64,000 bases of DNA from NCBI RefSeq assembly GCF_003918875.1, contig NW_025767590.1, forward strand, positions 2,108,001 to 2,172,000. The letters run 5' to 3'. Made by a program: the position numbers and the translations under genes. The notes under the pieces are model-generated. The model ran no database searches. It saw only the letters and a program-made list of their open reading frames with translations, and had not been told where the DNA came from. Positions 47,925 through 60,462 of the stretch are shown one piece after another (the stretch's first letter is position 1; each line of letters opens with the position of its first letter). This DNA comes from Haliotis rubra (lineage: Eukaryota).

Positions 47925-49000
47925 TCCCTTCCTTAACCACTCCATCCACACCCCTGCCTCAATCCTAACCCTTACCCCTGATCCCTTTCTTAAACCCACC
48001 CTTTCTCTTTCCTCACTCCACCCTCACGCCACCCACACTCTACACCATTGTTTCCTCAATCCACCCCTGCCTCAGCACCCTCACCCCTGCCTCAACACTC
48101 CCCAAATCCTGTCTTAACCCACCCTTTCTCTTTCCTCACTCCACCCTCACGCCACCCACTCTCTACACCATTCTTTCCTCAATCCCTCACCCCTGCCTTA
48201 ATCCCTCCACCTCTGGCTCAACACCCTCACCCCTGCCTTAATCCCCCACCCCTGCCTCAACACCCTAACCCCTGCCTCAATCCCCTCACCCCTGCCTCAA
48301 CACCCTTACCCTACCTCAATCCCCCCACCCCTGCCTCAACAACCTCACCCCTCACTGCCTCAACACCCCTCACCCCTGCCTCAACAACCTCACCCCTGCC
48401 TCAACACCCCTGCCTCAATTCCCTCACCCCTGCCTCAACACCTCACCCCTACCTCAATCCCCCACCCCTGCCTCAACCCTGCCTCATCAACCCCCTCACC
48501 CTGCCTCAACACCCTCATCCCTGCCTCAGTCCCTCACCCCTGCCTCAATCCCCCACCCCTGCCTCAACAACCTCACCCTGCCTCAACACCCTTGCCCCTG
48601 CTTCAACACCCTCACCCCTGCCTCAACAACCTCACCCTGCCTCAACACCCCCACCCTTGCCTCAATCCTCTCACCATGCCTCAACCTGCCTCAACACCCC
48701 ACCACCCCTGCCTCAACACACCCCACCCCTGCCTCAACACCCCACCCCCCTGCCTCAATCCCCTCACCCCTGCCTCAACACTCCCCACCCTTGCAATCCC
48801 CCCACCCCTGCCTCAACACCCTCACCCCTGCCTCAACACCAACCGTTTCCTTTTTTCATTCAACCCTCACCCCTTCCACAGTCTACACCACTCTTTCACC
48901 AATAACCCCCACCACTGCTTCAAAACACACCCACCCCCTTCCTTAACCCTATCACCATCCTCACTCCGACCCCACCACTTCTTCTCTCACCCCCACCCAC
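47925..49000. repeat. C-rich ~20-bp minisatellite (CACCCCTGCCTCAACACCCT)
   Basis: Visible tandem units. Confidence 0.93.
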
Positions 49001-49857
49001 TGACAGTCACATGTTATTCAGTATGAACACGCAGTGAATGCTCACACAACATTCAACTTGTGCTTACCACATACAGCTTGTCTACATGCCCATGTATTCA
49101 AGATTGAAATATCTGCATTCAAGGATTCTTTACAATTTACACGTAGAGGATACGAGAATTTACATTTTCAAAAGGGCAAAAGAAAACCAAGTACAAAAGA
49201 TGGCTGACGAAACCTCTTTATTATAATACCATTTGGATATGACTGAGGAAACAGCTTTTACTTAATACCAATTTGATATTATCTATATGTATATTGTCGG
49301 ATAGTTTCTTTAAAATATTAAAAGCTGTGTAGATTTGTGCACCTTTTCCCCCTCCACTATAGACCAGCCCAAGTAAACATACTTTCTGTGGTGTGTGGTG
49401 TTCTCCTCACTTGGGACGCTCTCTCAAATCACACAATGCCTTGCTGTCTCTAGTTGTGATATTCACGTCATATAGCGTCACAGATTCTAAGGTAAGTATT
49501 TGTGACTTATCTTGAGCTTTTACAATGTATATTTTACCTGCACGGATGTCTTTAATTAAAAGCTTTGTTGGTTGACAAGACGCTATTTGCTGAATCAGTT
49601 TGTTTATTAATATACACATGACATATTCAGATCACATATGAGAAATGTCTTACTAGATATGTTTTGCTTTTTCAACACAGAAAAATAATTTGTGTAACAG
49701 TGTTGCCTACTTTAATGTTTGAAACAATTGTAGACTTGAAGAAGTAGGTCGTAAATACATGATAAGATAAGAAAATTAAAAAAAACAAACATTAATGGTA
49801 AGACACACACAGACACTTTAGATTAGAGATGGCTCAAGGTTGTAGAGACATGACTAT

Positions 49858-49881
49858 CATAGGCGGATCCAGGAGTTTTCA

Positions 49882-49916
<35 letters not shown>

Positions 49917-50094
49917 CGTGTTCGTGTGTGTGTTCGTGTGTGTGGCGTGCGTCCGTGCGTGCGTGCGTGCGTGTGTGTGTCCCGAACCCCCTGAACCCCA
50001 CCTTGGCTCCACCAATGTAAACCAGATTAACTTCAATGTGGCCTTTAGTCATTTTCAAAAGAGGGGGTTTGAACCCCCTCTGGATCCGCCAATG
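49858..50094. mobile_element. hAT-like MITE containing (GT)n
   Basis: TIR CAT(A/T)GGCGGATCCAG; 8-bp TSD atgactat/attactat. Confidence 0.75.
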
Positions 50095-50444
50095 ATTACT
50101 ATTTGAGTATAGAGGAGGCTTGTCTCATGCATTGAGAAATGACTCATTTTGTTATAGATTGAGGCTTTTGTTTTAGCATAGAGACCAATTATCATGCAGT
50201 CACAAAATAGGGACAATCACTTAAGCATAGAAGGGGTGCTGTCAGTTTAGCATACAAATCGGGCCTTCAGTTTAGTATAGAGAAGGGGTTTTGATGGAGT
50301 TAGTTAGTGTTTATTGCAATATGACAAAATATAAGTATCTGGAACAGACAGCCTTGTGATTTATGTTATTAATAACTGTCCATGCCTCTGATGTGGCATC
50401 TCTGATTCTGACCACCCCATCTATTAGGTTGCCTCTTCTAACCA

Positions 50445-50995
50445 GGGGATGGTGGGGTAGAGTAGTGGCTGAAGTGTTCGCTTGTCATGCTGAAGGCACG
50501 GGTTCAATTCCCTACATTGTGTGATTCCCATTTCTGGTGTCCTCCACTGTGATATCGCTGGAATATTGCTAAAAAGCGGTGTGAAACCCAACTCACTCAC
50601 TCACTCTTCTGACTGCCATAGCCAACAACAGAAAAACAAATTACTTTCAGAGAGTGAGTGATTTAATATGGGTTTACTTCGATTTTATCAATATTCCAGG
50701 GGCGGTGGGGTAGCCTAGTGGTTAAAGCGTTGGCTCGTCACGCCGAAGACCCAGGTTCGATTCGCCACATGGGCACAATGTGTGAAGCCCATTTCTGGTG
50801 TCCCCTGCCGTGATATTGCTGGAATATTGCTAAAAGCAGCGTAAAAAACTTAACTCAGTCAGTCAATATTCCAGCAATTCCAGAACATTCCAGCAATTCC
50901 AGAAATGAGTTTCACACATTGTACCAATATGAGGAATCAAACCCTGGTCTTTGGTGTGACAAACGAACACTTTAACCACTAGGCTACCCCACTAT
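50445..50995. mobile_element. Cluster of three SINE A copies; a + copy (50699-50862) is nested in a - copy
   Basis: The nested copy is flanked by tcaatattccag direct repeat. Confidence 0.85.
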
Positions 50996-52053
50996 TACTT
51001 TCATAGCTCTAATCCTGCAGTGCAATGCTTGATAACCATGGTGACTCAGAATCTGAGTCAAGTGAGGGAAACATAAAATATAGTAGTAGGCAAGTATTGT
51101 GTCAGACGTCCAGTGTTTGAAATTCCTTGTGTATTAGAGTCAGTGGCATGGTTAAATACATAATGGCAAAGTTAAGATAAGATTCCAGGTAGCGAAGGGA
51201 ATGCTTGAATTAATACTTCATGTATTCAGGGATGAAAAATTGTATCCATGCATCGGAAGTAGGAAACCTTCACATATTGTACACTTGCAGGGTATCGTAC
51301 CTTGGTCTTTGATGTGAACAAATGCTTTCACCACTAGGGTGCCCCACTGCTTCATCAATTTGGACTATGATTAACTTGTTTCTCATTTCCTCAACTCCAT
51401 AAGTGACAATTGAAAATAATAAAATATTAATATTTAGTGATGGCATGTGTGACATGGTCGCACTGATCTCTAGACACTCCTTAATATGGAGTGAGTGAGT
51501 GAGAATGGTGCTATGTCTCTTTCTAGCAATATTCCTGCAATATCACAATGGAGAACACCAGAAATTGCTTCATTGCTTCACACATTCTATGTGGAGAATC
51601 AAACCTGGACATTTGGCATGGCAACAGATGCGTTAACCATTAAACTACCTCACTGCCCCATTAGTGGGGAACATCAAAATTTATACTTTGGTCGCCATGG
51701 CTTGTAGCCCTGATTTGTCATATTTAAAAAACTTCGGTGAGATTCTACTTTACTTATTATTTTGAATTATGAACAATATGCAGCTATTGTTAATTTTTGA
51801 CTGGTTAAAATTCACACAAAAATTCTATGACATGAATCGAACCTGCAACCACAGATACTGCTTTTCCCACTGAAGTAAAGGTTGTAATTCAGTATGTCGA
51901 TGAGCACTTGCAAAGCAGGAAACAATGCAATAAACATATGATATGAATATTTGTGGAATGAATTGTTTTGTTTGAACATTTGTACATTGTACTTATTATT
52001 TCAGTTAATCAGACATGATTTCAGTAACCGGTTCATGAGTTTCCAAACCATGA

Positions 52054-52282
52054 GACTCGTGAAGGTCTGGGTTAGAAAGAATATTCAGTAGGATGGGCGA
52101 CTAACGGGATCGGGGGGTCAGGCTCGCTGTCTTGGTTGACACATGTCATCGGTTTCCAATTGCGCAGATCGATCCTCATGCTGTTGATCACTGGATTGTC
52201 TGGTCCAGACTTGATTATTTCCAGACCACCACCATATAGCTGGAATATTGCTGAGTGTGGCGTAAAACTACACTCACTCACT
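52054..52282 (+). mobile_element. SINE family B
   Basis: Family consensus with TSD tccaaaccatgag. Confidence 0.88.
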
Positions 52283-52810
52283 CCAAACCATGAGGTACCT
52301 ACATAAAATCCTCACTCCCCTTTCCCCAAGCTATTTGTTTTTGTTCATGCCAGCCAAACTTAAGCTTCCTTAAATAAGTAGTAATAATTAAGCATCCCCA
52401 TTCAAAGTGACCACTCTAACCACCCAAACAGCAATTTCCTAAAAGTAGTCTGAACTATTGAGCTGTTTGTCGCTGTAATAAAATCTCTCTGTTTATATGT
52501 ATGATGTAAATTTTGTGTTGGGAATATAGGTCATGTTTGTAGATGTAAGAATCGTGATTGTAAGGTCACCTGTGTGTTTTAAAGTAAACAGGGCAGTGGA
52601 AAGAGATCAGTTGCAATCACCAAACAAACAAAAATGAAACTAGACTTGCTCAGAGGCCAATCTTCCATTCAGTAAATATTCCCAAAATGAAATTACAATT
52701 GACCCAGTCTATTTTATCACAGTTAAGGCTTTATGGCTTTATGGAGGTAACTGGTATATCGGTTTGTATATCATTATAATTGGAACAATGTAGGGGAAGA
52801 GACTTATATT

Positions 52811-53083
52811 CAGTGTGCGAAATAGTTTCCAACCATTTTGCCAGCCACTCAGGCTAGCTATGCCTGAAAGTTACTAGCCCACAATTTGTGACAAAATAAT
52901 TCATTGGACCGACATTTGAATGTAGAAACTAAGCAAAAGATGCAAAAAGGTAAAATACCATCAAAAATAAATGACCCTATGAAAATTCACTATCCAGTCG
53001 GGCCAGTGACTGTGGAGATTTACTGGCCCGATTGGAGTTTTACTAGCCACAGGCTAGCGGGCCCGTGGCTATTTCGCACACTG
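52811..53083. mobile_element. hAT-like MITE
   Basis: 15-bp TIR CAGTGTGCGAAATAG; 8-bp TSD cttatat(t/a). Confidence 0.85.
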
Positions 53084-53493
53084 CTTATATATCACAGAAT
53101 TGAGGAAACGGAGAAGCCCAAAATCCTAATTTTGAACAAACAATGAATATTTAATATCCCAATTACCCTGTCAAGGACACTTAGTTTAGATCCTTGATGA
53201 GTCCAGACAGTCACATATAAACAACCTGAATCAACAACTTTTAACATTTAACTACATCTTTCATTAAAACGTATTTTGAAAGTAAAAACAGTATTTTGTT
53301 TTCAAGTATTTTCAACTATATAACTTTTTAAAAGGAAAGTTTGTTACTTTTCTTATTTGCTATTAAATTGTCGTTCACATGTAACTTATTTTAAAACTGA
53401 CCAAATTTCATTCTGTACTCACTAAACATTGCCATCTATTTCATTCTGTATTCATTAAACATCTTAATGTTTTGCAGTTACCAGTTCATCAGG

Positions 53494-54132
53494 ATGGGTG
53501 TGAAGTTTGTCGGTGTTTTGGTGGCCATCTTGGTTTGCCTCATCCCTGTTGAAGGTCAGGATAAAGCCTCAATGGACATAACAGTGAAATACTTTACGGA
53601 TGTCAGTCTGCAATGCGACAGTTTAGCACTAAATATCTCTGACAATATGAGCAAAGTCCGAAACTTGCACTGGATTTTGACAGATGGAGTCCTAGTTGAC
53701 GCAGCTTCAAACAATCTGCCCATGAATTTGGCTCTATCCCCTCATGGCTACACACTCAACATCACCAAGGTTTCCGATGCCATGTTTGGCTACTACCACT
53801 GTGTGATTCTATTCAATGACAACACAGTCAAAGCAGTCAGAAAGGGCGTCAATGTGGATGGCGCCGATTTTACCGAGCTTCACGACCAATATCGGAGTAA
53901 TGCCATAATCGGTGGTATAGCGGCTGGTATCATGGTGGCCATTGTTGCAGCGAGTTGCCTAATCTGGCATTACCGGTTCAAGAAGGATTTCAACGATAAG
54001 GAAGACCTGTACAAGCCAGATCATACCAACGGCACTGTTGTTACTTATGACAACATGGCTGTAGAGATGGAAGACAAGTCACCTTCAGCTGAAGAAGATA
54101 TTTCAAATGGGGTGATTAATGAAAAACTGTAA
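53494..54132 (+). CDS. Single-Ig-domain type I membrane protein B (212 aa, one coding exon)
   Basis: Acceptor tttgcag| at 53477, so the start is MGVKFVG; signal peptide, Ig C..W..LNI...FGYYHC, TM AIIGGIAAGIMVAIVAASCLIW, cytoplasmic YDNM; AATAAA ~56156. Confidence 0.92.
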   Translation: MGVKFVGVLVAILVCLIPVEGQDKASMDITVKYFTDVSLQCDSLALNISDNMSKVRNLHWILTDGVLVDAASNNLPMNLALSPHGYTLNITKVSDAMFGYYHCVILFNDNTVKAVRKGVNVDGADFTELHDQYRSNAIIGGIAAGIMVAIVAASCLIWHYRFKKDFNDKEDLYKPDHTNGTVVTYDNMAVEMEDKSPSAEEDISNGVINEKL

Positions 54133-55696
54133 ATACTATATTCCTAAGAAAATTCAAGAACTGATTCAGTTGTCTCCAGTCTCATAGGGACTTTGTATGC
54201 ACAGGGTATTTTATCTTTGTTAGATGTCTATTTATTGTCTCCTACAATCCCTGTCACTATATGGCTGAAATATTGCCGAGGTGACTTTAAATTTTAACTC
54301 ACACACTACAATCCCTGTTTTCTGAAGTTTGAGAGTTAATATGGCTAGTGTCCTATAGACTTACAAATATTCATATGTATCAAAGGATGTTGATATATTT
54401 CATATCAAAAGGCACAAGAGTTAGATAATGTTAACCATCCAAACTTATTCTTTCCAGTATTTAGTTTCTTATGTGTAATGACAATATAGTTAGCTCTAGA
54501 ATAACAGCTAACTAGCCCGAGTGGCAAACTCACTGATAAGGTTGTTTGATTCTGAGGTCTTGGTAAATGATGATGTCATAATGGCCAGCAAAGCATTGTG
54601 ATGAAATTTTATTTCACTCAAGCAATACCTGAATGCGCTTTTATACTCTTGTTACGTTTTTATTCACACTCAATATTCACCAGAAAAGATTTTTACTGCT
54701 TTGTGAGCCGCTTTGAAATTTTATACTTCATTAACAGGATAGTCTGGATGTGTGGTAAACGCAATTTCAATCAGAAGTTAATCATTATTTTAGAAACTGA
54801 TTGACATATTCATACAATTGTGTACATTATTCATCATATTGGTAATTCTTGCAAAGAAATAAAGATGCTGTATGTTTTATACACCTAACTTGTAATGACT
54901 TAACAACACGTTCATTTTGTACAATATCCAATAGACAGACAGTACCTGTTATACCTGTTAAACGTCATGTTTTTTTCTATTTCATTGTATTATTTGAGGG
55001 GGAGAAGCAATAGACATTACAGCTTGTCACCAGGTACTGCTGGCTGCAGTGAAGGCATAAGGGCGACCCAAAAATAGATGTCTGCTTCAGGTTTCCTGGC
55101 TGATCCTAATCCATTTGTCTTTATCTTGATATTTTTATCATTGTTTTAATGTTGCATCACACTGTCTTGTCAGTATTTTATGAAAAGAAAACAAACAGTT
55201 GAGAGAAAACAAACAGTTGAGAGAAAACAGCAAAACAGTGTACTTGTCCGATGTCCAGATCACCTGAGATTGGAACCACTCATCGTTGTAACCAAAATGT
55301 ATGCATAAATATTCTACTCTACAATCATTAAGGTTTTTCTGTGATCTATCCTTAATGATTGTTTTTCATTTGCTGTTTCCAGATATAAGAATATTGTACA
55401 CAAGAATATTCAGAATATTCCTGACAAGCCTTGAGTACTGTGTATATACACGACATATCAAGATATGGTGGCTGGTTTACTGTGTATGTTGTGATATGTT
55501 TCCAATCATTGTTTCTGTCTACTAATGTCATTAGAATCAGACCTTTCAGTCATGATATATATAACTGTATTTATCTTCAGTATATGTGGTTTTACTTCAT
55601 TTATGAGAGACAGTAATCAGATATGCTTTTACCGGACGCTCTGCTCACTCAAACTGAGATTCTATGTCTCAGCAGTAATTGGCTGATTTCATATAT

Positions 55697-56033
55697 CAGG
55701 GCTCCAGATAATTTTTCAACATCAGGAGTATGTACTCCTTATTTTTTCAATATAGGAGTACTGGAAAAACTTAAGAGTACATTTAGAGTACTGAATGGAA
55801 ATTAGTAATCAGTATTCTTGTGTTTCGTTTGGTATATGCACCACAACATTGCTACTCTTGTGTAAACAGGTCAATAAACAATAAAACAATACTTTTTCAT
55901 ATAAATATGTCTGTAAATGATTCATACACCATTGCTGTGGTGCATATCTGCTACGTTTTCAAAATTATTTCCTACCGTATCGTGCATATTTTTTATCCGT
56001 ACATACGTTGATACGGCCCTTATCTGAGCTCTG
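55697..56033. mobile_element. hAT-like MITE in the putative 3' UTR
   Basis: Imperfect TIR CAGGGCTCCAGATAA / TTATCTGAGCTCTG, with atatat flanks. Confidence 0.6.
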
Positions 56034-56269
56034 ATATATACAGACCTGTCATCTGATTTATCGTATCCGATTAATACTGTGATTTTAATGCTATTTCTTG
56101 TCTACCGTATGTATGTGACTGTTTTGTATTCATTTGTACAAATGTGTTAATCAGAAATAAATATTTGTTTAATTGAAAGAGGTATTTATTTGTTTCTAGC
56201 TGCATCTTGATTCTGATGTAACCTACCTTCGCAGAAACCAATTCCTTCACAGGCTTTTCAACTTGGCTT

Positions 56270-56690
56270 AAACTGTTTCAATAAGGTTTAGTTTAAAGCT
56301 ATTCTACAACATGTCAACAAGTTTTAGTAAAGGTCATTCAGTGACAAAAAAACAATATTTACTCCAAGGTAATTCAGCAAAGTTTCCACAAGGTTTACAC
56401 CAAAACCATTTCGGGCAACATTCCAGCATGGAACCAAGCTCACTCAGCCGTATTTCAAAGATATTTCAAAGATATTTAACAATATGTCAGCAATTGTTGA
56501 ACCAAGGTCTTTCAGAAACATTTTAGAAAGGTTTAAACCAAGTTCACTCAGAAATGTTTCTACAAGGTTTAAACCAAGATAATTCAACAATATTTCAGCA
56601 AGGTTGAAATCAAGTTCATTCAGCATTATTTCAACAAGGTTTAAACCAAGATCATGTGACAAAATTTCAACAAGGTTTAAACCTAATTCA
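56270..56690. repeat. Degenerate 36-bp tandem repeat
   Basis: Recurring TTTCAACAAGGTTTAAACCAAG; 12-aa periodicity in ORF 56444..56662. Confidence 0.8.
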
Positions 56691-57099
56691 GAATGACAAT
56701 ATTACCATTTGACCCTTAGTCTGTTTTGCTCTACACAGCAAAAATCAATTTTGTTTACCCCCTTGATCATTTGGTGAGATACCAGAATCATTATTTTCTC
56801 AAGTCATGGGGTTTGAATAATCAACCTGGCCTGAAACAATGTCATTCAGAGTGAAAATTCAAATTAGTTTAAGCTAAGGAAATAACCAAGAATACTGGCT
56901 TGAAACCTAGGATCCCATCCACAAGGAATTTGTAGTGCCAGGAGTCACTAAGTCATTACGACACTTCAGCGTTGTTTTGATGACAGTAGTTCCACCAGGA
57001 TTTGAATGCAGTCCCTTCAAATCTATTTAAATATAACTCAAGTCTTACAGATAAGACATTACCCTACAGAAATTCTGCAAACCAACAAATACAGATGGA

Positions 57100-59420
57100 A
57101 TAAATAGGGACATGATGGGATGAAATAGGGATGTGGTTGCTGAAATAGGGATGTGGTTGCTGAAGCTGAAATAGGGATGTGGTTGCTGAAGCTGAAATAG
57201 GGATGTGGTTGCTGAAATAAGGATGTGATGGGATGAAATAGGGATGTGGTTGCTGAAATAGGGATGTGGTTGACATAGGTATGTGGTTGCTGAAATAGGT
57301 ATGTGGTTGCTGAAATAGGTATGTGGTTGCTGACATAGGGATGGTTGCTGAAATAGGGATGTGGTTGCTGAAATAGGGATGTGGTTGCTGAAATAGGGAT
57401 GTGGTTGCTGAAATAGGGATGTGGTTGCTGAAATAGGGATGTGGTTGCTGAAATAGGGATGTGGTTGCTGACATAGGGATGTGGTTACTGAAATAGGGAT
57501 GTGGTTGCTGAAGCTGAAATAGGGATGTGGTTGCTGAAATAGGGATGTGATGGGATGAAATAGGGATGTGATGGGATGAAATAGGGATGTGGTTGCTGAC
57601 ATAGGGATGTGGTTGCTGAAATAGGGATGTGGTTGCTGAAGCTGACATAGGGATGTGGTTGCTGAAATAGGGATGTGATTGCTGAAATAGGGATGTGGTT
57701 GCTGAAATAGGGATGTGGTTGCTGAAATAGGGATGTGGTTGCTGACATAGGGATGTGGTTGCTGAAGCTGAAATAGGGATGTGGTTGCTGAAATAGGGAT
57801 GTGATGGGATGAAATAGGGATGTGATGGGATGAAATAGGGATGTGGTTGCTGACATAGGGATGTGGTTGCTGAAATAGGGATGTGGTTGCTGAAGCTGAC
57901 ATAGGGATGTGGTTGCTGAAATAGGGATGTGATTGCTGAAATAGGGATGTGGTTGCTGAAATAGGGATGTGGTTGCTGACATAGGGATGTGGTTGCTGAC
58001 ATAGGGATGTAGTTGCTGAAGCTGAAATAGGGATGTGGTTGCTGAAATAGGGATGTGGTTGCTGACATAGGGATGTGGTTGCTGACATAGGGATGTGGTT
58101 GCTGAAATAGGGATGTGGTTGCTGAAGCTGAAATAGGGATGTGGTTGCTGAAATAGGGATGTGGTTGCTGAAATAGGGATGGTTGCTGACATAGGGATGT
58201 GGTTGCTGAATAGGGATGTGGTTGCTGAAGCTGATAGGGATGTGGTTGCTGAAATAGGGATGTGGTTGCTGAAGGGATAGACATAGGGATGTGGTTGCTG
58301 ACATAGGGATGTGGTTGCTGAAATAGGGATGTGGTTGCTGAAATAGGGATAGGTTGATAGGGATGGTTGCTGAAGCTGACATAGGGATGTGGTTGCTGAA
58401 ATAGGGATGTGGTTACTGAAATAGGGATGTGGTTGCTGAAATAGGGATGTGTTTGCTGACATAGGGATGTGGTTGCTGAAATAGGGTGGTTGCTGAAATA
58501 TGTGGTTGCTGAAGCTGAAATAGGGATGTGGTTGCTGAAATAGGGATGTGATGGGATGTGGTTGCTGAATAGGATGTGATGGGATGAAATAGGGATGTGG
58601 TTGCTGACATAGGGATGTGGTTGCTGAAATAGGGATGTGGTTGCTGAAGCTGACATAGGGATGTGGTTGCTGAAATAGGGATGTGATTGCTGAAATAGGG
58701 ATGTGGTTGCTGAAATAGGGATGTGGTTGCTGACATAGGGATGTGGTTACTGAAATAGGGATGTGGTTGCTGAAGCTGAAATAGGGATGTGGTTGCTGAA
58801 ATAGGGATGTGATGGGATGAAATAGGGATGTGATGGGATGAAATAGGGATGTGATGGGATGAAATAGGGATGTGGTTGCTGACATAGGGATGTGGTTGCT
58901 GAAATAGGGATGTGGTTGCTGAAGCTGACATAGGGATGTGGTTGCTGAAATAGGGATGTGATTGCTGAAATAGGGATGTGGTTGCTGAAATAGGGATGTG
59001 GTTGCTGACATAGGGATGTGGTTGCTGACATAGGGATGTAGTTGCTGAAGCTGAAATAGGGATGTGGTTGCTGAAATAGGGATGTGGTTGCTGACATAGG
59101 GATGTGGTTGCTGACATAGGGATGTGGTTGCTGAAATAGGGATGTGGTTGCTGACATAGGGATGTGGTTGCTGAAGCTGACATAGGGATGTGGTTGCTGA
59201 AATAGGGATGTGGTTGCTGACATAGGGATGTGGTTGCTGACATAGGGATGTGGTTGCTGAAATAGGGATGTGGTTGCTGAAATAGGGATGTGGTTGCTGA
59301 AGCTGAAATAGGGATGTGGTTGCTGAAATAGGGATGTGGTTGCTGAAATAGGGATGTGGTTGCTGAAATAGGGATGTGATAGATGAAACTGGGATGTGAT
59401 AGATGAAACTGGGATCTGAT
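57100..59420. repeat. 20-bp minisatellite (GAAATAGGGATGTGGTTGCT)
   Basis: Direct tandem units with 21- and 26-bp variants. Confidence 0.98.
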
Positions 59421-59519
59421 TGTTGAAATATTGACCTGGTGGTTGCAAAGGGGGCCTGTTGGTTGAAATTAGAATGTGATGGTTGAAATAATGAAATGCT
59501 AATTGTTGAAATAGCCACC

Positions 59520-59668
59520 CATAGGCGGCTCCAGAGGGGTGCGCACCCCCCCTTTTGTGCTGAAAGTTTGTTAAATGACCATTGAAACTCGGGTGAAAAT
59601 GAAGTGTGCACCCCTACTTTTCTCAGTAGTGTGCACCCACCTTTCTCAAATGGCTGTTACCGCCCCCG
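59520..59668. mobile_element. MITE family also present at ~45590-45802 and ~46860-46965
   Basis: Shared GAAAATGAAGTGTGCACCC...AAAGCTGTA.CCGCCCCTG segments. Confidence 0.65.
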
Positions 59669-60292
59669 CCACCTGGTGGCTGAACTTGAGAGCTGGTGTC
59701 TGTAGGTTCATGTGTTAATGCTCATACATACCAAATGTTTATGGGATGAATTCTGAATGTTTTAGAAACCTCAGTATTGTTGTGCTGTTCACAAATAGAA
59801 CCAATTTGCATCTAGAGAGAGGAAGGGAAGGTTCAATCCCCTGCCACATCATAATAGAAGACAAATTTGGTTCTTGTTGCTCTGCCTGGCATTGGCATCT
59901 AGGAGACAGAACAAGGACTCGTCAGAGTCAATATAGAGTTTTGATAAGGGTATCCATCTTAGACTGTGTATCAGTTAACACTATGAACTGTTGAGCTGTC
60001 AGTCTTAGGATGGCTTGGATAAGACTTATTTAGGATCACCATGCATTAGTAGATATATTCCTGGCCATGTTAAACCTTCCCTCACTCACTGTCTACATAG
60101 AGATTCAGAGACAGGTCCAAATTCAAGCATTCTGATTGTTACCATTAGCAGTTTAGAGAGAATAATATATAAAGGGGCAAAACCACATGCTGTTCATGTT
60201 ATTTTGTGACATTGTACCAACATTGTATGAACAGCTGGGAAGACTTGACTGCTGGTGAACTTGTGGGTTCAGTTATACTATGTCATAGATAA

Positions 60293-60462
60293 AGGGGGTG
60301 GTGGGGTAGCCTAGTGGTTAAAGCCTTCGCTTGTCAAGCCGAAGACCTGGGTTCGATTCCCAACATGGGTACATTGTGTGAAGCCCATTTCTGGTGTCGC
60401 CCGCCATGATATTGCTGGAATATTGATGAAAGTTGCGTAAAACCCCACTCACTCACTCACTC
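60293..60462 (+). mobile_element. SINE family A
   Basis: Family consensus with (CTCA)n tail; partial family B copy at 60549-60648. Confidence 0.88.

Noticed and set aside
48048-49026. Pro-rich ORFs (285 and 144 aa)
   Set aside because: Translation of a C-rich minisatellite; non-ATG starts and no splice or domain support.
53467-53493. N-terminal MFCSYQFIR extension of Ig protein B
   Set aside because: That ATG lies upstream of the splice acceptor; the signal peptide begins at MGVKF.
57045-59611. Long ORFs of 233-708 aa
   Set aside because: They occur in all three - frames with the same cyclic peptides, an artefact of a 20-bp stop-free repeat.
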